Assembly (NCBI GenBank): GCA_964478715.1
Contig: CAYZIY010000007.1
Span: 20,220-84,219 of the forward strand
Reading direction: 5' to 3'
From: an uncultured Planctomycetales bacterium
GTDB lineage: Bacteria > Omnitrophota > Gorgyraeia > Zapsychrales > JBDRMG01
Length of the DNA stretch: 64,000 bases
Translations under genes and position numbers: made by a program
In this document: positions 41,197 through 49,210 of the stretch, one piece after another
Layout of the letters: each line of letters starts with the position of its first letter
Numbering within the stretch: position 1 is the stretch's first letter
The notes under the pieces: model-generated
Seen by the model: only the letters and a program-made list of their open reading frames with translations
Databases searched by the model: none
What the model was told of the DNA's origin: nothing

Positions 41197-42099
41197 ATGA
41201 GCTTGCTTGTTTTAGGAACAGTCGCCTTAGATCATGTCAAAACACCCAGCGGGAATAAAAAAGATCTGTTGGGTGGTTCAGCCGCCCATTTTGCCATGGC
41301 GGCCCGTCTTTTTACCAAGGTCCATATGGTGGGCATTATCGGCTGGGATTTCCCGACCCGCCATTTAAATTACCTGAAAAAAAAAGAAATCGATATTGCT
41401 TCCTTAAAGAAAACATCAGGAAAAAGCTTCCGCTGGATGGGGGAATACAAAAAGGAAAATCTCAACCAGGCCCTCACTCTCAAAACTGAACTGGGTGTTC
41501 TCGCCGATTATGACCCCTGGATTGCGGCTCGCCAGCAGTCTCTTAAGGATATTTTTCTGGCCAATATTGATCCGGATATGCAGATGAATCTTTTACAGAA
41601 ACTGAAGAAGGTGCACTTTGTCGGTTGTGACAGTATGAATTTATGGATTCATCATAAGAGAAAATCACTCAAGAAATTACTGAAAAAAGTGGATCTTTTT
41701 GTCGTTAATGATCAGGAAGCCCGTGATCTTTCCGGCGAAATGAATTTAATCAAAGCGGCCAAGCTGTTGAGAAAGATGGGCCCGAGTCTTATCGTCATTA
41801 AAAAAGGGGAGCATGGCGTTTATTTTTATTGTGACCGTTTTCATTTTTCTTATCCGGCTTATCCGATTGAAAAAGTAATTGATCCTACCGGAGCGGGAGA
41901 CACCTTTGCCGGAGGGCTGATGGGTTATCTGACCAAAGTGAAAAAACATAACAACCCATCTTTAAAAAAGGCCGTTTTATATGCCACAACCGTGGCTTCA
42001 TTTAATGTGGAGGGATTTGGATTAAGCAGAACTTCGCGCCTGTCGATGGCACGCGTAAATCGAAGGCTTAAGGAATATCAACAGTTCATTTCTTTTTAA
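41197..42099 (+). CDS. PfkB family carbohydrate/nucleoside kinase
   Basis: LGGSA, KKGEHG, DPTGAGDTFAGG. Confidence 0.92.
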   Translation: MSLLVLGTVALDHVKTPSGNKKDLLGGSAAHFAMAARLFTKVHMVGIIGWDFPTRHLNYLKKKEIDIASLKKTSGKSFRWMGEYKKENLNQALTLKTELGVLADYDPWIAARQQSLKDIFLANIDPDMQMNLLQKLKKVHFVGCDSMNLWIHHKRKSLKKLLKKVDLFVVNDQEARDLSGEMNLIKAAKLLRKMGPSLIVIKKGEHGVYFYCDRFHFSYPAYPIEKVIDPTGAGDTFAGGLMGYLTKVKKHNNPSLKKAVLYATTVASFNVEGFGLSRTSRLSMARVNRRLKEYQQFISF

Positions 42100-42105
42100 A
42101 ACTTT

Positions 42106-43122
42106 ATGGCTTCTTATTCTTTTGAAAAAAATCTCAACGAGACAGCTCAGCTGATCCGTAAGGCGAAAAAAATCATCATTGCCTGTCATATGAATCCTGA
42201 TGGGGATGCCCTGGGATCCCTGCTGGGGCTGGGAATTGCCTTAAGACGGATTAAGAAGAAAGTGATTCTTCTTTGTCCGGATAAGGTCCCCAGCCGGTAT
42301 ATCGCCTTGCCCTGCGCCAGGCAGGTTCGTCAAAAATATTCTCAAGGGGCCGATGTGGCGATTAGCGTGGATTGCGGCTCACTGGCCCAGCTTTCCCGCC
42401 TAGAGCAGGCCTTTCATCAGTCCAGGCGGATTATCGAAATTGATCATCATGAATATCGCACCCGGTTTGGCGACATCCAGCTTGTGGATCGCAAAAAGGC
42501 CTCGGTGGGCGAGATCATTTATTTGCTGGCCAGAAAAATGAGGATCAAGATCACCAAGCCGGTGGCCGAATGCCTGCTTACGTCGATGTTGGTTGAAACC
42601 TGCTCTTTTTCCCGTCCGGATGTCAAAGAATCCACTTTCGAGATTTGCTCTCATTTGATGCAGTCTGGCGCGGATTTTATGAAAATCAGCAATCATTATT
42701 ACTGGAAGAAGAAACTTTCCGTTCTGCGTTTAAGCGGTTTATGTTTTGTTCGGATTCGTATAAGCGTCAGCAACCAGCTGGCCTGGTCCATCCTTACTCA
42801 AAAAGATTTCGAAGATTATCAGGGTGGTCAGGAAGATGTGGATTCGGTTCCGGATGATATGCTCACCATAGATAGCGTGCAGGTGACTCTGCTTTTCAGG
42901 GAGATAGACAATAATATGCTGCGCGTTAGCCTGCGCTCTAAAGGAAAAATCGATGTCGGGTATTTGGCCAGTATTTACGGTGGCGGCGGACATCAGAATG
43001 TGGGCGGCTGTCGCATTCATAACAATAAGAAAATGATTGAGCGCTTTATCGAACAGGCCGGCCAGCTTATTCAATACAAGAAAACGATTCCAATCCATCC
43101 TGCCCAAAGTGCCATCCGATAA
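42106..43122 (+). CDS. DHH/DHHA1 phosphoesterase (NrnA-like oligoribonuclease / pAp phosphatase)
   Basis: HMNPDGDALGS, IDHH, SLRS, GGGGH. Confidence 0.9.
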   Translation: MASYSFEKNLNETAQLIRKAKKIIIACHMNPDGDALGSLLGLGIALRRIKKKVILLCPDKVPSRYIALPCARQVRQKYSQGADVAISVDCGSLAQLSRLEQAFHQSRRIIEIDHHEYRTRFGDIQLVDRKKASVGEIIYLLARKMRIKITKPVAECLLTSMLVETCSFSRPDVKESTFEICSHLMQSGADFMKISNHYYWKKKLSVLRLSGLCFVRIRISVSNQLAWSILTQKDFEDYQGGQEDVDSVPDDMLTIDSVQVTLLFREIDNNMLRVSLRSKGKIDVGYLASIYGGGGHQNVGGCRIHNNKKMIERFIEQAGQLIQYKKTIPIHPAQSAIR

Positions 43123-43123
43123 A

Positions 43124-44044
43124 ATGACAACACGCTGCGGTTTTGTTTCTATTGTGGGTCGGCCCAATGTCGGCAAATCCACGCTTTTAAATACCATTCT
43201 TAAAAGAAAAGTGGCGATTGTTTCCAAAATCCCCCAGACCACCCGTAATCAAATCCGGGGTATTTATAATGAAGAGCGCGGGCAGATTGTTTTTCTGGAT
43301 ACTCCGGGTATGCATTTAGCCAAAGACCGCCTGGATCAGATGATGAATAAAGACAGCCTGGCCACTTTAGAGGGAGCCGATTGCGTGATTCATGTGACAG
43401 ATCCGACCCGCGCCATTGGTCCGGAAGAGCGAATGGTTGTAGACCGCTTAAAGACTATTGAGGCGCCTGTGATTTTGGCTTTCAATAAAGCGGACTGTAA
43501 GCCGCGATTTATGGATCAGTATATTTCCTTGTGGGAGCAGGTGAAGCTCCGAAGCATTCAGGAATGTGACCATATGATTCTGCTTCCTATTTCGGCTAAG
43601 ACAGGCGTCAATATCGCGAAAATGATCGATCTAATTTTTGAAAAACTTCCCTCAAGCCCGCCCTTTTATCCGCTCACCCAATTTTCGGATATCCCTCAGC
43701 CTGTATGGATTGGCGATATTATTCGGGAAAAGTTCTTAGATTTGATGCGTCAGGAAATTCCCCATGCCCTGGCTGTGGTGATCGAAAACATGACCTTTAA
43801 AGCGAGTAAGGTTCTGGTCCTTCAGGTGGCCGTTTATGTAGAGCGGCCATCACAGAAAGAAATCGTGATCGGGAAAAAGGGTCAGATTTTGAAGAAAGTC
43901 GGCACAAAATCCCGTCAGGAACTCGAGCAGGAATTTAAACGCAAAATATTCTTGGAATTAAACGTGAAAGTCAAGAAAAACTGGCGGGACAATAGCGAAG
44001 TTCTCGAAAGATTAGGTTATGATTTGTTCTCTTCCCAGCAATGA
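43124..44044 (+). CDS. era: GTPase Era
   Basis: GRPNVGKSTL, PQTTR, DTPG, NKAD, KH domain IGKKG. Confidence 0.96.
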   Translation: MTTRCGFVSIVGRPNVGKSTLLNTILKRKVAIVSKIPQTTRNQIRGIYNEERGQIVFLDTPGMHLAKDRLDQMMNKDSLATLEGADCVIHVTDPTRAIGPEERMVVDRLKTIEAPVILAFNKADCKPRFMDQYISLWEQVKLRSIQECDHMILLPISAKTGVNIAKMIDLIFEKLPSSPPFYPLTQFSDIPQPVWIGDIIREKFLDLMRQEIPHALAVVIENMTFKASKVLVLQVAVYVERPSQKEIVIGKKGQILKKVGTKSRQELEQEFKRKIFLELNVKVKKNWRDNSEVLERLGYDLFSSQQ

Positions 44045-44054
44045 TCCCCTGCTG

Positions 44055-46916
44055 TTACATTTCTTTCGGTTGAGTTAAGAGAATTTCGTCATCCGGGGTC
44101 AGAGCCAGCGGGTGATAATCCCAGGTATTTCCGCTTAAGGCCGAGGCGGCCGTGGCATTTAACGGCAGTTCCACAGAAAGAATTTCCGAAATAAAAACAA
44201 GGTCTCCCGGAGGTCGGCTACTTGAGAGCAGATAGCTGATATCGTAAATTTTTCTCGGCTCGCCATTAAAACTCAGCAAATCCCAGGGGGCCGCTTCTGT
44301 GACACCAAACGCCGATTGTCCTGACTGATCACGTCCGCGAACCCAGTAGGCGGAATGCCCCGAAAAATTATCTATTAAATTCTGTGGTTCCGGTGACAAT
44401 GCGCTGAAAGGAATAGGATTCTCCGTATATGACTGGTCCCAGTATCTGCTGTTGGGCTCAATCGGGCCGTGAAGAGGCCGGAATTCATTACCCAGCTGGA
44501 TGAAAGATCCGGTAACAACAGGTTCATTTTGATGCCAGCAGGATAAAGGATCTCCGCCGCAAGGCGGGGTTAAGTGATCTCCGGGATCGCTGTGAAAATT
44601 CCAGAGTTCTTCGGTGACATGCGGATCCCAGGCTCTGGGCCCAATAAGAGAGATATTATAATTAATCACATTGTTGCCAGAACTGTCTTCAACGGTCCCC
44701 TCGACGAAATTGGGCATTTGCGGCTCATCGGGATTTTCATCATCCGGAAACATATCATAAAGATAATTGTAGCCATCCTGGCCGTTTTCATCAAAGGCAT
44801 AATCGGTCTCAAAACCGGATCCTTCCGGTAGAGTGATATAGACAGCTGAAGCGGGATTGATAGGAGAGACTACTGTTTCTGCGTAAGGATAGTCTGGATG
44901 ATGATGCGGCATGCGCAGATAGCGGGGATAGCGAAAGCCTTCGCTTACTAAAAAGACATCATCGCTGACAATGGCGGCCGAGGGTTTTCGGGCATTTGTA
45001 TTGTAATGACCTTCCAGAATCAGATCGCCATGGATGACGAAGGTGGCTCCGTTGGGGGCACCGTCTTTTTGAGGGAGTTCTCCGGCATTATACACGGCAG
45101 CACCGACGTAATACTGCCTTTGATCCCCTTCGGATTCGATAAATTGTACGTCAGAAATATATAGCCCGTTTTCAGGCAGCCAGTCTGAAGAATCATTGGC
45201 CGCGCAGTCTTTCAAGGCCGACATGTTTGTTCGCAAAACTGTCATGGGAAGCCCGTCGACATGCCGGATAAAACTGCGCAGTTCAAAAAGGCTCTCTTCG
45301 TCTGATCCGCATTCTATCGGGGGAGCAATGGACCGATTCTCATAAGGGTTGTCAAAATCGAAACGCAGATCCGTATCATCGGTAACGGGAATTCCGTTTA
45401 CGCTGACTTCGAGGTAATAAGTACCGTTTTTTTCTTTGGCTGCGGCCACAAAGGCCTGGTCCGAATTTTTATTGAGAATCGAGTTCAGATTCATTTCAGG
45501 CGGGCTGATGGTGCTGACATCATCCTGGAACACTCCGGCGAGTCCTTCAATTCTATAAGGGGTATCTTCTCCGGAAGGATAATTTCGATTGATGCTTTCA
45601 CTGAAGGCAAAAAATTCCGGTTGCTTTTCGGAATCTGTCAACTGCATGCCGGTCACCCGCGGATCGCCCGGCGCATGACGGCCCATATACATGAATCTGT
45701 CATTGTAAGCGGTGCCAAAACGATTGGGGAGATAATAGTCGTTGATCTTGGGCATCGCCTCGTAATAATTTTCGTTATTGGAAGTTCCGTCGGCGCAGGT
45801 ATTTGTTGAATGGCAATTGATATCCTGCTGCCAGTACACATAGGCCCGGCTTTCTGACGACCCGTCCCAGGCCCCCGCATCAAACGGTGGATTTAAAAAT
45901 GGTGTCTGCGGCCAGGGCCAGATTGGCAGATTGTTGGATTCTTGGTCCCATTCGACGAATTTGCCTGTAGCGGTATCAAAGGCCAGCAAGCCCTGTCTGT
46001 CACCGGCATAATGGCCGTCCATTTTATTGATATAGTTTTCCTGATCCCACAGCCATCTATCTAGTGTATCGTTAGGTAAAATCAGAGGTCGGCGCAGATG
46101 GGGATAGATATTTGTATAATCATGACTATCGACTGCTCCTCCGCTGACAGGATCATATACCTGGCCGTCGATAAAATCATCAGGATGGACAAAGGGCGAG
46201 AAGGCATAGGAAATCTTTCCGGTGGCCTTAAGCTCATCCACGTTTTCGATGATGGTGTAATCATTCAAAAGGATATTGCCGTTAGTGTGGATTTTTCCGC
46301 CCTGGGCGTTAAGCAGCTGCCATCCGAGAGAGAGGTCTTCGTTGTTAAACAGGGCATATTGAAACATATCGGTGATTTCTATTTTCATGGCAAAAAGGCG
46401 GGTCACCGTATTATGAATGCCCAGAGCCAGGACATAGAGAGCGTTCTCATTGTCTTTACAATATGTTTTTAGGGCAAAAAGAGGATGGCCGTTTTCATCC
46501 AGCGCTCCGTAGTCAATAGAATCAATACCCCGGCTCACCAAATAAGGGAAATCATCAGCCGATAACTGGTGGTTAAATACAATACCGGGGATGTCGGAAT
46601 CTGTCGGGCAATTATCAACACAATGTTCAAGCGCGTTATTTTCGGTATTGAGAATATGGGTGGTGAATTCACCTGTGGATATCGATGCATTATTTTTGAT
46701 TTCATGATAGGCGTATTCTACGCCTTTACGGGCATGCAATTCCGCGGCCAAACTGTCATGCAGGATATGCCCTTGATTATTGCCCGAGACAGCCCGGGCA
46801 AAATTGGCCGCGGCATAGGTGACCACCAGGATCAAGACAGGATACAAAACCAGCGAGAAGGCGATGCCTTTTTGATTCTTTTTTCTTTGATCTTTTTTTA
46901 AAATTATTTGGCTCAT
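44055..46916 (-). CDS. Large PilX/GspK-like pilus assembly or adhesin protein (operon B, gene 3)
   Basis: Basic leader, G|IAFSLVL, hydrophobic helix, AELHARKGVEYA, FQYALF, GKIHTNGNI, C-terminal IYD...PPG; paralog of 49211-52015. Confidence 0.7.
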   Translation of the reverse strand: MSQIILKKDQRKKNQKGIAFSLVLYPVLILVVTYAAANFARAVSGNNQGHILHDSLAAELHARKGVEYAYHEIKNNASISTGEFTTHILNTENNALEHCVDNCPTDSDIPGIVFNHQLSADDFPYLVSRGIDSIDYGALDENGHPLFALKTYCKDNENALYVLALGIHNTVTRLFAMKIEITDMFQYALFNNEDLSLGWQLLNAQGGKIHTNGNILLNDYTIIENVDELKATGKISYAFSPFVHPDDFIDGQVYDPVSGGAVDSHDYTNIYPHLRRPLILPNDTLDRWLWDQENYINKMDGHYAGDRQGLLAFDTATGKFVEWDQESNNLPIWPWPQTPFLNPPFDAGAWDGSSESRAYVYWQQDINCHSTNTCADGTSNNENYYEAMPKINDYYLPNRFGTAYNDRFMYMGRHAPGDPRVTGMQLTDSEKQPEFFAFSESINRNYPSGEDTPYRIEGLAGVFQDDVSTISPPEMNLNSILNKNSDQAFVAAAKEKNGTYYLEVSVNGIPVTDDTDLRFDFDNPYENRSIAPPIECGSDEESLFELRSFIRHVDGLPMTVLRTNMSALKDCAANDSSDWLPENGLYISDVQFIESEGDQRQYYVGAAVYNAGELPQKDGAPNGATFVIHGDLILEGHYNTNARKPSAAIVSDDVFLVSEGFRYPRYLRMPHHHPDYPYAETVVSPINPASAVYITLPEGSGFETDYAFDENGQDGYNYLYDMFPDDENPDEPQMPNFVEGTVEDSSGNNVINYNISLIGPRAWDPHVTEELWNFHSDPGDHLTPPCGGDPLSCWHQNEPVVTGSFIQLGNEFRPLHGPIEPNSRYWDQSYTENPIPFSALSPEPQNLIDNFSGHSAYWVRGRDQSGQSAFGVTEAAPWDLLSFNGEPRKIYDISYLLSSSRPPGDLVFISEILSVELPLNATAASALSGNTWDYHPLALTPDDEILLTQPKEM

Positions 46917-46942
46917 GATTATTGCTCGTTTTGCTTACTTTA

Positions 46943-47830
46943 TCAGCGTATTTCTTTAGGCGCCGTTCGGCAGTCATCAGGGCAAGTTACTGATGTTTCA
47001 TCACCGCTGCAAATTCCGTCACCGCAGCGCGTGCAATCTTCCGGACAGCTTATGGCGGTTTCATCACCGTTACACATTTCGTCACCGCAATGTTGACAAT
47101 CTTGAGCACAATTGTCCGGGTCTTCATCAATGTCGCAGTTTCCATCGCCGCAAAAAGTTTGAGGCTCACAATCCGCGGGGCAGGTGGTTTCGCTCTCAGT
47201 GGCATCGCAGACGCCGTCACCGCAGACCACACACACGCCGCAGTCCTGAGGGCAGGAATAACAGTCTTCGGATTGGTCACATTTATCATTGCCGCAGAAC
47301 TCGCAAGTGGTCATATCTTGCTGACAGTTTTCGCAGGTTTCGTCGGGGTCTTCTATGCCGTTTCCGCAGTCCGGCAGTTCATCGCAGTCCTGGGGGCATT
47401 CTTCGAACGTTTCGCGGATATCGCATAGGCCGTTACCGCAGAGAATGGAGGTATAAATATTATCGATATCATTAAGCTGAACTTTTGTTTCGATGTTCAT
47501 GGCTCTGATAGAGGGATAAAGCTCTTGATCGGGTGTGATTTTGATGTGCACCGTCTGGTTACTCAAGTTTCGGGTTACTTCCAGAGAATCAGCCACACCC
47601 AGAGTGCGCCACGAGCGGATTTCGGGGTCAGGAACCTCATCCGCGCCGGTTTGCATCCCGCCGCCAGGTTGGCCGCCTCCGGGGAGGCTATCCGCCCAAG
47701 ATGTCGCCGATGCGAGGCTTATGCAAAACCAAACGATTAAAAAGAAAAAGACGCTAAAAAAGGAAAGATTTTTTGCTAGGATGTTTATCTTGAATGTTTT
47801 CATTGAGAGCATGTTCTTTCTATTTTTCAT
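46943..47830 (-). CDS. Exported protein with a pilin C-terminal-like beta segment and 7 Cys-rich repeats (operon B, gene 2)
   Basis: ATG 47830 overlaps the upstream stop; hydrophobic signal ending SWA; 7 x CG(D/N)xxC..E....CPxDC-type repeats. ORF-track start at 47968 lies inside the upstream gene. Confidence 0.7.
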   Translation of the reverse strand: MKNRKNMLSMKTFKINILAKNLSFFSVFFFLIVWFCISLASATSWADSLPGGGQPGGGMQTGADEVPDPEIRSWRTLGVADSLEVTRNLSNQTVHIKITPDQELYPSIRAMNIETKVQLNDIDNIYTSILCGNGLCDIRETFEECPQDCDELPDCGNGIEDPDETCENCQQDMTTCEFCGNDKCDQSEDCYSCPQDCGVCVVCGDGVCDATESETTCPADCEPQTFCGDGNCDIDEDPDNCAQDCQHCGDEMCNGDETAISCPEDCTRCGDGICSGDETSVTCPDDCRTAPKEIR

Positions 47831-48905
47831 TATTTTCTGGACCCTCATTATGGACAATAATCCCATCGGCGATATACGTATGCAGAGGATTGACGACAAA
47901 ATTATAGCTTGTAACTGTTTCATGAATTTCGTCGATCGAATTAATGCGAAAGTCACGGCCTTGTTCATCGGTCAGAAAGTCTCCTATCCGCAAAGTGTCC
48001 AACCGCACATAACGGCCCCGGCTTAAGACCGGATGATTAGGAGAGACTTTGATCGAATCATTGATGATCCAGTATTTATGAGTATTATTGTGCGACAGGG
48101 TGCCTGTGACACGGTCGGGTTGAAATTTTTGACTGGAAGCATCGAAGGCCAGAACGATATCCCCGACAGCGATATTTTCAATTGGCTTGGTGGATCCCCC
48201 GGCCATCGTGATTTTGGTCCCGGCCAGAAAACAGTTTCCGGCGCCGCAGGTTCCACAGTCGGCGCTGCACGAGCAGGCGGTCTCTCCGGCCTCACCACAG
48301 CAGACCCCATCCCCGCAGACAATTGCCCCGCACTCCGCGCAATTGCACACACTTTCTCCTCGGGTGGATTCACAGACCCCGTCACCGCAGCAATCGGTGC
48401 CGGTGGCTATATAATCTTCCTCGCACCAGGAGCAGTCTTCACCAAGATCCACATCTACTTTGCCGTCTCCGCAGAAATCTTCGTAACAAAGCACCCGCTC
48501 TATCAATTGCCCGTCGGTTGCGCCGCCGGAAGCCACATAATATTCATAATAACAACCGATATCATTAAGCGCGCCGAATTTAATATTGTCGTATTCATTA
48601 ATATAGCTTTCGCCGACTTTGGTGGGAATTTTAAAGCGGATCAGATGGCCCGAGCACGGGGGAGAATCCAATTCGTCACAGTTTTTGATGGTAACCATTT
48701 TGATATCCGATTGGCTAAGTATATTGGCCATACGCCCGACCGCATTACGGGCATCGGAGACCTGCTGAATAGCTTCATCCGCGATCTTGTAGCTTTCGCG
48801 TGTTTGAATCAAGGATGTGGCAAAGGCCCCGCCGATGATCACCAGAATAGTCATCACGGCCAGGATCTCAGTCAGGGTAAAGGCGTTTATTCTAAAGATT
48901 TTCAT
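47820..48905 (-). CDS. Type IV prepilin-like protein with 3 Cys-rich repeats and a C-terminal Hint domain (operon B, gene 1)
   Basis: A|FTLTEIL class III signal; Hint from CFLAGTKI through SPNHPV to YNFVV...YIADGIIVHN; AGGAG RBS. Confidence 0.85.
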   Translation of the reverse strand: MKIFRINAFTLTEILAVMTILVIIGGAFATSLIQTRESYKIADEAIQQVSDARNAVGRMANILSQSDIKMVTIKNCDELDSPPCSGHLIRFKIPTKVGESYINEYDNIKFGALNDIGCYYEYYVASGGATDGQLIERVLCYEDFCGDGKVDVDLGEDCSWCEEDYIATGTDCCGDGVCESTRGESVCNCAECGAIVCGDGVCCGEAGETACSCSADCGTCGAGNCFLAGTKITMAGGSTKPIENIAVGDIVLAFDASSQKFQPDRVTGTLSHNNTHKYWIINDSIKVSPNHPVLSRGRYVRLDTLRIGDFLTDEQGRDFRINSIDEIHETVTSYNFVVNPLHTYIADGIIVHNEGPENNEK

Positions 48906-48920
48906 TGCCGGCTCCTAAAC

Positions 48921-48949
48921 AAAAAACCCATCCGCAAAGGATGGGTTTT
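48921..48949 (-). terminator. Intrinsic terminator, expression platform of riboswitch B
   Basis: AAAACCCATCC-TTTGC-GGATGGGTTTTTT on the minus strand, between aptamer and RBS. Confidence 0.85.
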
Positions 48950-48963
48950 AAAGAGTTGACAGT

Positions 48964-49095
48964 ATGTTGGCGGCCAGGCTGTCTCACCGATTAAATCGGC
49001 GGACCCTATAGCTTTGCGTCCTATCCTTGCGGATTCCGCTGAAAACTTAAGCGGATCTACCGTTGTTAGCGGCGGAAGTTTACCTTTATCAGCAT
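48964..49095 (-). ncRNA. c-di-GMP-I (GEMM-I) riboswitch variant B
   Basis: Minus strand: AAAGGTAAAC...ATCC-GCAA-GGAT-AGGACGCAAAGC...GACAGCC.GGCCGCCAAC; P1 ATGCTG/CAACAT. Confidence 0.85.
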
Positions 49096-49114
49096 CTAAT
49101 AGTACTCTAGGATA

Positions 49115-49142
49115 AGTATAACACATAGATATGTCCCGACAA
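49115..49142 (-). promoter_or_regulatory. sigma70 promoter of operon B
   Basis: TTGTCG-16 nt-TATACT; the block ATGTGTTATACT is shared with the operon A promoter. Confidence 0.75.
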
Positions 49143-49210
49143 GAAGAGCATACCAAAAATGGGAGTGAAAAGGAAGCGTTTTTCTAAAAACTACTTCTAA
49201 AAACTGCCTT

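Noticed and set aside
47847-48233. Hint domain as a mobile intein or polymorphic toxin
   Set aside because: No homing endonuclease, +1 residue is Glu, and no toxin domain or immunity gene follows.
48902-49156. 84 aa minus-strand ORF (and the analogous 53702-53962 ORF)
   Set aside because: They span the promoter, riboswitch and terminator; the region is better explained as a non-coding leader.
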